Below, in pieces: positions 28,371 through 38,352 of a stretch of DNA of 64,000 nt. The position numbers and the translations under genes were made by a program. Source of the DNA: Candidatus Iainarchaeum sp. (lineage in GTDB: Archaea; B1Sed10-29; WALL01); assembly GCA_021162685.1 (NCBI GenBank), contig JAGGYF010000021.1:1-64000 (forward strand), written 5' to 3'. The notes beneath the pieces were generated by a model. It worked only from the letters and a program-made list of their open reading frames with translations. It searched no databases and was not told the origin of the DNA. The stretch's first letter is position 1. Each line of letters starts with the position of its first letter.

Positions 28371-29252
28371 ATGAAAAAAATCTTGCTGGTATGTTTGCTT
28401 TTGTTTTCTATGGCATTTGCCCAACCAGAGGTTGTAAAAGTTGGTACGTACATATTGAATGTGGGGAAGTATAACATAGAGGAGGGCTCGTATACAGCTG
28501 ATTTTTATTTGTGGTTTAAGTGGAACGGGAGTATAAAACCAGACACATTTGAATTTATGAATGGAAAACCAGAACATGTGGAGTTGGATATAGAAGAACC
28601 AGGATATTTGTTTTATAGGGTCTATGGAGAGTTCTATGAAACTGCTAACCTGAAGAACTATCCTGTTGATACGCAAACACTTACAATTAAAGTTGAGGAT
28701 AGTGTGCATACTACTGATGAAGTAGTGTATGTGCCAGATGACGCGGAAATCGGCATTGATAATGAACTGAATGTTTTAGGATGGGACCTAAAAAACAGTA
28801 CATACTATGTTACTGGATCCTATTATCCAAACTGGGATGAGAATTATTCAAGGTATGTGCATAGCATAACAATTGCAAGGCCAGAATCAACACTCTGGAA
28901 AACATTGCTTCCATTCTTCTTTATAATATTGAGCGCATGGGCATGTTTCTTCCTGCCACTGCATAAACTTGGCGAGAAACTTGCATTAGGAGGTACTGCT
29001 CTTCTTTCCTCTGTTGTTTTCCATTTATATTTAACAGAGCAGATACCACCTGTAGGGTATGTTGTGCTTGCGGATGAGATTGCAATCTCTATGTATGCAA
29101 TGCTCGTGTTCACGATTATGGCATTTATTGCGGTTGAATCTTTGGTAATAAAAAAGGAGATGGAGAAGGCGAGAAAATTAAACAATTGGTTTAAGGTAAT
29201 ATCTATCCTGGTGCCTGTCTTTGTATTCGCCTTGATAAGTTTGGTGAGCTAA
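28371..29252 (+). CDS. pentameric ligand-gated ion channel (pLGIC/Pro-loop family)
   Basis: Signal peptide, ADFYLWFKW, NYPVDTQ (Pro-loop), GWDL, pre-M1 R, four TM helices, IPPVGY M2-M3 loop. Confidence 0.85.
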   Translation: MKKILLVCLLLFSMAFAQPEVVKVGTYILNVGKYNIEEGSYTADFYLWFKWNGSIKPDTFEFMNGKPEHVELDIEEPGYLFYRVYGEFYETANLKNYPVDTQTLTIKVEDSVHTTDEVVYVPDDAEIGIDNELNVLGWDLKNSTYYVTGSYYPNWDENYSRYVHSITIARPESTLWKTLLPFFFIILSAWACFFLPLHKLGEKLALGGTALLSSVVFHLYLTEQIPPVGYVVLADEIAISMYAMLVFTIMAFIAVESLVIKKEMEKARKLNNWFKVISILVPVFVFALISLVS

Positions 29253-30160
29253 TGCAAGACAAAAGATTGATACAACATGGGATGATGGAGATAACGGGAG
29301 AGCAATTACCGTTCTGGAAAAAGAGGAAAGAGGCAAAGAGGTTTGGCCACACCTTGCTTAAAGATTTTTGGGAGTGGAATAAAGAGGGAAAAGAAGATGA
29401 GCCGTTTGAGACGCGGTTCAATAGGTTTTTGAGGGAAAGGTTTGGAGAGGATGCAAAGTTCTTTGGTTTTATGCCCTGGGTATATGCACACTTAAAGGAT
29501 AGGACGCTTGATGAATATATGGAGATAGAAAAGCGTATATTGGATATACTCAGAGAAAAAGGAATAAATGCAAGATCAAGTGGTAGGTTGATGCTGTTCA
29601 AGTATTTAGGCATACGGGGAGATGATGAGATAAAGGCACATACAGACCTTGATTTTGTTGTAAGGGAGAAAGACCTTGAAAAGTTGAGAAAGATGGACCT
29701 TAGTGAGCATGGGTTATATTATGCACCAAATTCGCTGAGTGGCATGGTTGTATATGGTAACTCCAGGGGGATGGTCAGAGAAAAACCTGTTGTTGAGAAA
29801 CAGGTAAGTTTTATACTCACAGAAGAGGATGGGATTCAAAAGATTGATTTTGTAACTCCAGGAGTAAATGAACTAAGAATCCCAAGGGGAAGACATATTG
29901 TTGAAATAAAAAAGCCTGAGTATATCACACCATTTACAACCGCTGCGTATAAATTGTTCAGGTTGTCTGGGAATGACATTGCAGATTTTAAGATTATCGC
30001 AAAACATAACAAACTTGGAAGGTTGTTCAGATCAGGTGAGTTGTTATATGAGTTAAAAAAGAAACCGAGGTTAGCGAAGGAGAGACTGGAAAAATTGAAG
30101 AGATATCTGGGAGAGGAGCACCATAAGCATATTGATTCACTTATGGAAAAGCTTGGATAA
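29252..30160 (+). CDS. hypothetical protein, possible nucleotidyltransferase fold
   Basis: SSG..HTDLDFVV and KIDFV motifs. Confidence 0.55.
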   Translation: MQDKRLIQHGMMEITGEQLPFWKKRKEAKRFGHTLLKDFWEWNKEGKEDEPFETRFNRFLRERFGEDAKFFGFMPWVYAHLKDRTLDEYMEIEKRILDILREKGINARSSGRLMLFKYLGIRGDDEIKAHTDLDFVVREKDLEKLRKMDLSEHGLYYAPNSLSGMVVYGNSRGMVREKPVVEKQVSFILTEEDGIQKIDFVTPGVNELRIPRGRHIVEIKKPEYITPFTTAAYKLFRLSGNDIADFKIIAKHNKLGRLFRSGELLYELKKKPRLAKERLEKLKRYLGEEHHKHIDSLMEKLG

Positions 30161-30201
30161 TATATATATACTATGATGAATAAAGTTAGGTTGGTGTTCA
30201 A

Positions 30202-32274
30202 ATGCCAGCACAGGATTTCAGAAAAAATCTGCCTCATCTTATCGCACTTGCTGTACTTCTCTTTGCATTGATTATCGTTGCTACAAAAGCAGGTATTATG
30301 CGATGCTCAGACCTTGGAAACAGTTATTGTGATGTGTATTATACAATTGTTGGAAAGCCAAAGGTTATGATAATATACGACCCAGATGATAATGGCGCAA
30401 TGGGTGATGTAAGGGCATTGGCAAGGATAATACAGGATCAAAATGGGGTGCCTGTACGTTTGATAGATATTGACAAGGTCTCAGCAGGTATGTTGAAGGA
30501 CTATGATGTCGTTGTTGTGGAACATGCTAGGAGGATTCCTACGGAAAAGTTGCTCATATTAAAAGAATATGTGTTCAATGATATGGGGAGATTGGTTTGG
30601 GTTGGGAACTCTGGTACAATTGGTGCGAACAAAGACCAGTTATGTAAGACCGTTGAGTATAGTGTCAAATGGACACAAGTTGATGGAACGCATATAGAGG
30701 ATAAAACGTCAAGGGTTTGTGTAAAAGAGGGAGATATCCCATTTGATACAGAAGAAAGTGTTTCGCAGAGAATGGCAAAGAAAAAGGAGGCATTGGTTGA
30801 GAAGGCATGGGGCCAATTGGAGAGTATTTGTGAGGATGCTTTCCAGGGAACATTAAGTAATGTTAAAAAGAAGGATGGTTATCCATGTGAGATACCATCA
30901 AATGCAAAGTTCTCAAATGTGTATATAAACTGGAAGAATGAGGAGACCTTCAAGGAGGTTGTGAACCCTTGGGTGAGAGGAGAGTATGAAGTACTTGGGA
31001 AGGAGAAGACAGATGAGGGAATAGATTTTGGAGGAACTGTTTTGGGCATATCGTTTATTGCGGATGACTACGCAGTGAAGGAATACACGATGTATTCAAA
31101 GAGCATTACTGATATACAAAAGGCACTTGTAGAGGCACATATTGGATTCGTGGAATGCTCAAATAGCATAAGAGAAAGCACATGTAACATTGCATCAAAA
31201 CAGGCCACTGTATTCTCTGACCTCAGCAGTTTGAAGGGAACAAAAAATAACGCAGAGACAATGCTCAATGGATTTGTTTCAACACTTAATAGCATGGCAG
31301 TAAATAAAGAAAACCAGAATGAGAGCGCAGCAGCAACAATCATAAGGAATGCTGCTAATGAGATAAATGCAGAAAAAGAATCTATTAAATCAATAACATT
31401 TGAGACTGATGAGATACCAACACAAGAAGTGATGACTAATTTGGAGAATATGAAGATACATGTGCAGAATGCGAAGAATCAACTTATTATATTAAAAGGC
31501 AGTGAGACAGATGACACAGTGATAAAACAGTATGATAGTATGATTGCGCAATGTGAAAGCACAATACATGCTATTGATACAGAGATCAATGCATTGAATA
31601 CACATATAAGTGAGTATAATGATTGTCTGAAACAATCTGCAGGGACATTATCAGATGAGTTATCAAAAGGGATTGGGGACAAAGAAAAGGCAGATGCCAT
31701 TCTAGGATATGCTAGCCCGCTTATTGATGAGGGAGGAATAGTGAATTTTATACTAGAGGTTACGGATGAGAAAGGAATAAAGCCAGAATGGAAAACCGTC
31801 AAGGAAAAACTAGAAGCTATGGATCCTACTGTTGTATGCAGAAGTAACTCAACTAAGATAAAGGAAGGATTTTTGGCAGCAGCAGAGGCAATAGAGCTGG
31901 CAGGAGAGGCAAGGGAGAGCATAAATCCACAGAAAGAAGCAACGTCCATGGCAACATTACAAGCAGCTGACGAATATCATGCACTAGTGCAGGGCATATC
32001 AAAGTCTATTGAATTGGTAAAAGAGGGGCCAGACGGAAAAAAGTATCCAGTGCCGTTTGTGTTAGTACAGACCTCACACGCACACACATATACAGTTACG
32101 CAGCTGAAGATAACTCCAGAGTATAAGGGTATTGGAGAGTGGCCAGCTATAACAGTAAAAGACCCCAAATTTGGCACACATAGTTTTGGTAGAGGCGTTG
32201 TAGTGTTCTATGCGTTCCCGCCTGAGACAGACGAGATATTCGTGAATAACCTAGTGGAGTATATATTATACTGA
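30202..32274 (+). CDS. membrane-anchored protein: class I GATase-like domain split by a large helical insert
   Basis: N-terminal TM; YDVVVVEH..YV..GRLVWVG; C-terminal GRGVVVFYAFPP..NLVEYI. Confidence 0.7.
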   Translation: MPAQDFRKNLPHLIALAVLLFALIIVATKAGIMRCSDLGNSYCDVYYTIVGKPKVMIIYDPDDNGAMGDVRALARIIQDQNGVPVRLIDIDKVSAGMLKDYDVVVVEHARRIPTEKLLILKEYVFNDMGRLVWVGNSGTIGANKDQLCKTVEYSVKWTQVDGTHIEDKTSRVCVKEGDIPFDTEESVSQRMAKKKEALVEKAWGQLESICEDAFQGTLSNVKKKDGYPCEIPSNAKFSNVYINWKNEETFKEVVNPWVRGEYEVLGKEKTDEGIDFGGTVLGISFIADDYAVKEYTMYSKSITDIQKALVEAHIGFVECSNSIRESTCNIASKQATVFSDLSSLKGTKNNAETMLNGFVSTLNSMAVNKENQNESAAATIIRNAANEINAEKESIKSITFETDEIPTQEVMTNLENMKIHVQNAKNQLIILKGSETDDTVIKQYDSMIAQCESTIHAIDTEINALNTHISEYNDCLKQSAGTLSDELSKGIGDKEKADAILGYASPLIDEGGIVNFILEVTDEKGIKPEWKTVKEKLEAMDPTVVCRSNSTKIKEGFLAAAEAIELAGEARESINPQKEATSMATLQAADEYHALVQGISKSIELVKEGPDGKKYPVPFVLVQTSHAHTYTVTQLKITPEYKGIGEWPAITVKDPKFGTHSFGRGVVVFYAFPPETDEIFVNNLVEYILY

Positions 32275-32352
32275 AAAACCACAACATTTATAAGTAAGGC
32301 ATGCTATTAAATAAGAATGTAATATATTTTGCAAAATGAGGAGGAGCATAAC

Positions 32353-33225
32353 ATGGCATACTATCAAGATGAAGGTGTAACAAAACAATTTGAGGCAGCA
32401 ATCCCTATTCTGATAATATTGCTTTTGATTATAGGGGTTATTGCCCTAAATCCAGGGATTGTTAGAGGCATCCCAGTGTTGGGGGACCTGTTTGGAAAAC
32501 CAACAATTAACGTGCTGATTATAGGAGAATCAGCAGCAGAGGCAAATGACTGGAGAGAATATCTAACAGGTGACCTAGCAAAAAAGGTATTTGGGAATCC
32601 TCTGAACATAGAGGTTATAACAGACAATCAGTATAACAAGATAAGCTCTGCAGATTGGATAAAAAGCCAGGGATATGACATCATAGTGTTAACTGCAACA
32701 GACCTCACGCCTTCACTGCAAATAACATTGAAGGAGTGGGTGCAGAACGGAGGAAAGCTCATTGTAGTTGGTACAGGAGGAACGCAGCCAAACGGGAGAT
32801 GGGCAGAACTCGGAACAGTGCTTCCAGTAAGCTGTCCTGGGAATGACTGCACTGGTGTTATAGAAACAGTTTATGCACCAACACTATACATACAGGAAGG
32901 CATGTTTGACAATGGATTGGCAAAGAATGTAGACACAGCAACACCTATGACAGATGCAAATGGAAGCATAAATGTTGCTAATGTGGTTGTGAAGAACCAG
33001 CACATCCTTTACATAGGTGGATTCAAGAGCCCAGAAGAAGTGAAAGCAGGACAAGTGGGTAACATATATCCATGTGTAACAGAAAACTCAAAGATTGCTG
33101 GTGGAAAGGTAGTGTACATTAGTTTCAATCCAACAAGGGAGAACATAACACCAGAGGTAAAGCAAAGTTTGATAATAAACCTCTTAGCCTATGTCGCAGG
33201 TATGCCTGGATACCAAAGTGTTTGA
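32353..33225 (+). CDS. membrane-anchored class I GATase-like (ThuA/DUF4350-type) protein
   Basis: GAGGAG RBS; TM; YDIIVL..WVQNGGKLIVVG; GGKVVYISFNP. Confidence 0.7.
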   Translation: MAYYQDEGVTKQFEAAIPILIILLLIIGVIALNPGIVRGIPVLGDLFGKPTINVLIIGESAAEANDWREYLTGDLAKKVFGNPLNIEVITDNQYNKISSADWIKSQGYDIIVLTATDLTPSLQITLKEWVQNGGKLIVVGTGGTQPNGRWAELGTVLPVSCPGNDCTGVIETVYAPTLYIQEGMFDNGLAKNVDTATPMTDANGSINVANVVVKNQHILYIGGFKSPEEVKAGQVGNIYPCVTENSKIAGGKVVYISFNPTRENITPEVKQSLIINLLAYVAGMPGYQSV

Positions 33226-33235
33226 GGGGATGTAA

Positions 33236-34117
33236 ATGGCGTACTATGGAGGAGACCAAAAAAGATATGCTGAAATGGCCATACCCATCATCTTAGTGAT
33301 ATTGGTTGCACTGGTGGTGGGTGTCAAGGTATTTGGGCTAAACATCCCTGTGATCAGCGACATCATGGGCGGAGGAAAAGCAACACACACGCTGATTATA
33401 ACAAATGAGCAGGACTTAGAGTCGGCAAAGCAATTTGCAACAGATATCAGCAGCAGGGTAACAAAGATAACGCCTGTTGTTGATCCAAATGTTGTTCAGC
33501 ATTTAAAACCAGGATATATAACAAGTAACAACTATGACCTAGTAATATTGTATGGAGACAATACAGCACTAACATATGATGCAAGAAAAGAGATCACAGC
33601 CTATGTGAATAACGGCGGCTCTTTGCTTATAGTAAAGGGCGCAGGATTAAAAGGACTTAATGCAGATGGTACACCAAGTGAATACATCTTTGGATGGGAT
33701 GTGGACGACTTGGCTACGATTATAAAGTTCAGCCCAGATTGCCCAACACTTACAGAATGCAATGATGTAAATGCAATAACAGTGACACCAGACCAGATGC
33801 ACGATGTTACATTGACACCAGTTCAGTGGGAGCACCCAATGATTGAGAGGATTGGATTGAATGCCCCTCTCAGCATTGACATAACAAAGTATCCTAACTT
33901 CAAAGGTATTGTTAGGGTTGTTGATAGTGAGAATAAGAAGGTTGCATGGATTGACTGGTATGACGCAGATGGAAAACCACATTCAGCGCCTGCTATTATA
34001 GGCTACAATGCAGGTGTAACGGGTGGAAGAATCGTGTATCTAGCGTACAACCCATTGGAACTCAACCAGGAAGACTTGTTTAGGAATGTGATTATGTGGG
34101 TCACAAAGGAAACATAG
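33236..34117 (+). CDS. membrane-anchored class I GATase-like protein (paralog)
   Basis: TM; YDLVILY..YVNNGGSLLIV; GGRIVYLAYNP. Confidence 0.7.
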   Translation: MAYYGGDQKRYAEMAIPIILVILVALVVGVKVFGLNIPVISDIMGGGKATHTLIITNEQDLESAKQFATDISSRVTKITPVVDPNVVQHLKPGYITSNNYDLVILYGDNTALTYDARKEITAYVNNGGSLLIVKGAGLKGLNADGTPSEYIFGWDVDDLATIIKFSPDCPTLTECNDVNAITVTPDQMHDVTLTPVQWEHPMIERIGLNAPLSIDITKYPNFKGIVRVVDSENKKVAWIDWYDADGKPHSAPAIIGYNAGVTGGRIVYLAYNPLELNQEDLFRNVIMWVTKET

Positions 34118-34151
34118 TGACCCATGCTCCTCCTCTTTCTTTTGTGATACT

Positions 34152-34724
34152 ATGGAGATACATGAGATAAAAGCAAAAGGTGTAACAGAAAGAGTAGACC
34201 ATGCTAAATACAAGGATAAGGTCGCGTATCCTGTTTTTATGAAGATGAGGGCTTCTCCTATTCTCTCCCTATTCTCACTTGATGCACCTGGCAAGTTGAA
34301 TCACTGGGACCATGTGTCCTTCCATGAGCGATTAGCACAAGGCAAGGAACCAGAACTCGTGTTTCTGAATACACATAAGGGGTTGGTGAGTTTCACAAAG
34401 GAACACCTACCAATTTTGAGGGCCCTCTCCACAGAATTGCTCAACTATCAATTGGAGTTCATGTTGAAAGGAGAGCAGGCACTTAACAAGATGAGGGGAA
34501 AGATAGGAGATGTAGAAATAGATGGTATTCGTTTTGTATCAACAACAGAGGGGAACGAGCCAGTAGTGTATAGAAAAGCAGATAAGGAAGCAGAAAAAGC
34601 ACTAAAAGATAAACCACCTGGTTCAACATTTAAGTCAAAAGAGGGCATTGAATATATTAAATTGGATAGCGGGGAGATTATTGATAAGAAGGTGTTTGAT
34701 ATCCTGAAGGAGTATGTTGGATAA
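34152..34724 (+). CDS. hypothetical protein
   Basis: 190-aa ORF. Confidence 0.65.
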   Translation: MEIHEIKAKGVTERVDHAKYKDKVAYPVFMKMRASPILSLFSLDAPGKLNHWDHVSFHERLAQGKEPELVFLNTHKGLVSFTKEHLPILRALSTELLNYQLEFMLKGEQALNKMRGKIGDVEIDGIRFVSTTEGNEPVVYRKADKEAEKALKDKPPGSTFKSKEGIEYIKLDSGEIIDKKVFDILKEYVG

Positions 34725-34725
34725 A

Positions 34726-37389
34726 CTATCTTTTTCTTGTTCTCTCATACAAAGAGTCTACCCTGTCAATTGTGTCACATTCATCAGGAGACCTATCCTC
34801 CCTTATTCTAATCAGTCTGGGAAACCTCAGTGCGTAGCCTGAACTGTATGTTGGGCTCTTTTGGATTTCTTGATAACCTACTTCAACAACAAGGGCAGGT
34901 CTTAATTTTACAAATTTTCCCTTTTGCTCAAGCATATCATTTTTGAGGATATCAGTAAGGTATTGCAACTGCTCATCTGTAAGGCCTGTTGCCATCTTTC
35001 CTATTTCTAAGAATTCGTTTGTGTCTGGATCTCTGCATGCCAAAACAAAGGAACCAAGCCAGTTTGCTCTTCTTCCTTCTCCCCAGTATGCTCCAACAAT
35101 CACAAGGTCAAGGGTCTCTGAAATTGGTTTTAATTTATACATATAGCCAACCCTTGAACCTGGTTTGTATTCTGCATCTAGGTTCTTTATCATAACACCC
35201 TCGTGTCCCTTTTCTAATGCTTCTTTGTAGAATGCTTCTGCTTCCTTTTCATCTGAGGTGATTAATGCTTTTGAGAGATAAATCTTCCCTGGAGTTTCCT
35301 TGAGTATCTTTTTCAGTGTTGCTCTTCTATTCTTAAACGGTGCATCTATGTAACTCTCATTGTTGAGGTACATACAGTCAAATAGATATAATACGCAAGG
35401 AATCTTCTTGACCATCTCATCTATACCATACTTTCGTTTTATTCTTCTGGAAAGATTTTGGAAGGGTAGAGGATGTTCATGTTCATCAACAGCAACTGCC
35501 TCTCCTTCTATAATTGCATTTTCGCACTTGACTGCTTCCTTGACTGCTTCAACAACATCTGGGAACTGTTTTGTTACATTTTCAAGGCGGCGTGTGAAGA
35601 GTGTTATCTTATCGTTCTGTATATGTACCTGGCAGTTATGCAAAGATAAGAGAGTGGAGCAATAGCTCTCATCCCCCTCTACTTCCAGGTTGTATACGAC
35701 TGTTCTTGGATCTGGATGCTGAACTTCTTCCAATTTTAGTAGTTTCACAAGGAGATAGTTACCTCTTAGTTTTGTTGCCCGATTATTCTTTGTTATAATC
35801 AACTTGAAGTATGTGCTCCCATTTACCCTAAAGCGTTTAACTCCAAAAACCATACCAAATTTCAGAGCAATAAGTTGAGCAGAAGATGCTAGTTGCGCCT
35901 CTTTTGTTACAACGGTTGTGCGACCGTCTTTGTCAACATGTCCATCAGCATCTATCCACCCCTTTAAGAAGGATTGGAATTGTTCTTTGGTAACACCAAA
36001 AAACCACTCCGGTAGCCTTTTCTCCCTGAAGTTTCTTGACAACCAACTAAGAAACGCCCTGTCTGTCCAGTATATAGAAATGCCTCCATTGTGTGTATAC
36101 TCTGAAATATTTGTTATGCCAAACTCCTTACACACTATTTTTTTATAGAACTCTTTAAGTTTTACATCCCTTTTGTTGAACATTAATCCTATGCGGTGGG
36201 TCTTATTGTATTCATTTGAAAATCCGTCTCCTACCCAATAACCTATAAATCTGAAAAAATTATTGTTTAACCTAAATGTTTTTTTGTAGCCATCAATTGT
36301 TTTGAGGGTCATTTGCTTTGGAATAGGTTTTGATTTTAATTTTGGAAGTGGGAATGCAACATAACATGATTTATCTAACTTTTCAACAGGAACCCAGGAG
36401 AGCTTATCGCCTTTTAAAGCAAGTATTTTGTGTCCCTCTGTTATCTTAAACTCATGACCATAGAATGTTTGCAACCTGAAAATACGTTCATGTTTATCAA
36501 TTTTACGCTTCATTTTGGCTGTAATCTTTTTGTATCTCCCCTTATGTGTCAGAACATAATCGCCAGGTTTTATGTTCCGTATAGATTTTATGCCCTCTCC
36601 TTTTATGTATAAAGGAGTGAGACCTGTAATGCAACGCATTCCATCGTATTTGTATTCAAATGCTGCTGGTTTGAACGATTCAAATGCTTCTTTTATGGAG
36701 TGTACAGCCTGTGCAAGCATGGGTTTAAGAGGTCTCCCAAGTTTTATCTGTATTTTTGATAATCCTTCATTCCCTTTTTCTCTGGCTATCTCAGCAACTT
36801 CGCCATAATCATTTATCAGGGAGTATGCTCTCTCAACAAGATTTACATCAACATCAAATGCATTGCTTATCGCATCTCTTATAATGCCTTCACCAACACC
36901 TAGTCTCATCTCTCCAAGCAATAGCCTAACAAGATATTTTACTTCATCTGGCGATGCATTGTTCAGCAATTCAACAACATATTTTACTTTTCTGTCCTGG
37001 GACTTCGCTCCTTCCAAGTGAGAGATTTTATCTATGACATGGTATACTTCCTTCAAGGATAGGGGAAGTGCCTGTAGTGTCATCTGTACCTTGTGCTTGA
37101 ATAGGTTTTGCGCTGCAATCCCTGTATCTCCTGTCTTTGTTATCTCCATCTCAACCTTTTTCTCTGAGATGCCTGTTGCCAGGGATATGCACTTAATCAT
37201 CATCTTCTCTGCAACACCTACCTCCCTTCTATCCCAAGGAGGAAAGGCGCGCCCCTGAGCAAATAGAATAACATATTTTAGGTCTTGACCAGCGTTTTTT
37301 AACATGTCTGTTACTATATCTGTCATCTCAAGGCGTTTTGTCGTATTCTCTAATTTTTTCAGGTATTTCACAACCTCAGAGAGCTCCAT
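34726..37389 (-). CDS. lig: ATP-dependent DNA ligase (intein-containing)
   Basis: PMLA, EYKYDGMR (motif I), EGE, EGVMIK, YKLK, LRFPR; probable start MELSEV at 37389. Confidence 0.96.
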   Translation of the reverse strand: MELSEVVKYLKKLENTTKRLEMTDIVTDMLKNAGQDLKYVILFAQGRAFPPWDRREVGVAEKMMIKCISLATGISEKKVEMEITKTGDTGIAAQNLFKHKVQMTLQALPLSLKEVYHVIDKISHLEGAKSQDRKVKYVVELLNNASPDEVKYLVRLLLGEMRLGVGEGIIRDAISNAFDVDVNLVERAYSLINDYGEVAEIAREKGNEGLSKIQIKLGRPLKPMLAQAVHSIKEAFESFKPAAFEYKYDGMRCITGLTPLYIKGEGIKSIRNIKPGDYVLTHKGRYKKITAKMKRKIDKHERIFRLQTFYGHEFKITEGHKILALKGDKLSWVPVEKLDKSCYVAFPLPKLKSKPIPKQMTLKTIDGYKKTFRLNNNFFRFIGYWVGDGFSNEYNKTHRIGLMFNKRDVKLKEFYKKIVCKEFGITNISEYTHNGGISIYWTDRAFLSWLSRNFREKRLPEWFFGVTKEQFQSFLKGWIDADGHVDKDGRTTVVTKEAQLASSAQLIALKFGMVFGVKRFRVNGSTYFKLIITKNNRATKLRGNYLLVKLLKLEEVQHPDPRTVVYNLEVEGDESYCSTLLSLHNCQVHIQNDKITLFTRRLENVTKQFPDVVEAVKEAVKCENAIIEGEAVAVDEHEHPLPFQNLSRRIKRKYGIDEMVKKIPCVLYLFDCMYLNNESYIDAPFKNRRATLKKILKETPGKIYLSKALITSDEKEAEAFYKEALEKGHEGVMIKNLDAEYKPGSRVGYMYKLKPISETLDLVIVGAYWGEGRRANWLGSFVLACRDPDTNEFLEIGKMATGLTDEQLQYLTDILKNDMLEQKGKFVKLRPALVVEVGYQEIQKSPTYSSGYALRFPRLIRIREDRSPDECDTIDRVDSLYERTRKR
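35635..36633 (-). mobile_element. 333-aa intein with LAGLIDADG homing endonuclease
   Basis: Begins CITGLTP right after KYDGMR; TEGH block B; FIGYWVGDG and FLKGWIDADG; ends LHN followed by Cys+1. Confidence 0.95.
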
Positions 37390-37491
37390 ACTGGATAGAT
37401 AGGTAGAAAATCTATTAAAAACTATGCTATTTTTAAATATGAATTTGCACAAAATATAGTACAAGAACCTTTTGAACAGGAGGTATCAAAT

Positions 37492-37773
37492 ATGGCAGAG
37501 GAAAACACAGTTTTCATAGGAAAAAAGGGCGTAATGAGTTACGTCCTAGCAGTTGTAACCCAGTTCAACCAAGGCGCGAACGAGGTTACCATAAAAGCAA
37601 GAGGTAGGGCGATTTCAAGGGCTGTTGACGTAGCGGAAATCGTCCGAAATAGGTTCGTGCAGGACGCCAAGGTAAAGGATATCAAGATATCCACAGAGGA
37701 ACTAGAGAAGAAGGAAGAAGGAGAAGGTAACGCAACAAAGGTCAGTGCAATTGAAATAACCTTGGCAAAATAA
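37492..37773 (+). CDS. albA: DNA/RNA-binding protein Alba
   Basis: [25 protein letters not shown]. Confidence 0.97.
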   Translation: MAEENTVFIGKKGVMSYVLAVVTQFNQGANEVTIKARGRAISRAVDVAEIVRNRFVQDAKVKDIKISTEELEKKEEGEGNATKVSAIEITLAK

Positions 37774-37825
37774 ATCGGTAAGGTGGATCTTTTCCACCTT
37801 TCACTACCGATTGAAAGGTGGAAAG

Positions 37826-38320
37826 ATGAAATCCCCAATATGTGAAGTATGTGTAAAGAGTGGGGTCCTTTGTTCAGCGTGCAATCAGAAACTTGCGGAT
37901 GGTAAGATCAGCGAAAATGACTTACGCCTAGCCAGGCTTCTATACAAACTTGAAGAAAAACAACTCACAAAAAATGTCTCTTTCTCAAAGACCATTGACA
38001 TAGGGGATATGTTGCTAGTTTTAACAGAAGGAAATGTTGCTAACCTTATTGGTAGGGGCGGACGTATTGTTAGGTTATTGAGCAAAGAATTTGACAAAAA
38101 GGTAAGGATCATAAACAGCACAGATACAAAGCGAGCGCTTCAAGACCTTGTCGCACCTGCCAGAGTGCTTGGAATAAATATACTCTACACACCAAATGGA
38201 GAAAAAACAAAGGTTATTATAGCAAAGGAGGATGAGGATAAGCTCATTGCCCCACTAGAAGTTTTGCAAAAAGCAGCAAATGCATTATCAAACAAAGAGG
38301 TTGTCCTCGTTTTAGAATAA
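37826..38320 (+). CDS. NusA-like KH-domain protein with N-terminal zinc site
   Basis: PICEVC..LCSAC; IGRGG KH loop; PARVLGIN. Confidence 0.85.
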   Translation: MKSPICEVCVKSGVLCSACNQKLADGKISENDLRLARLLYKLEEKQLTKNVSFSKTIDIGDMLLVLTEGNVANLIGRGGRIVRLLSKEFDKKVRIINSTDTKRALQDLVAPARVLGINILYTPNGEKTKVIIAKEDEDKLIAPLEVLQKAANALSNKEVVLVLE

Positions 38321-38352
38321 TTTTTTATATAATAACGGCTTAAAGTGAGTCT

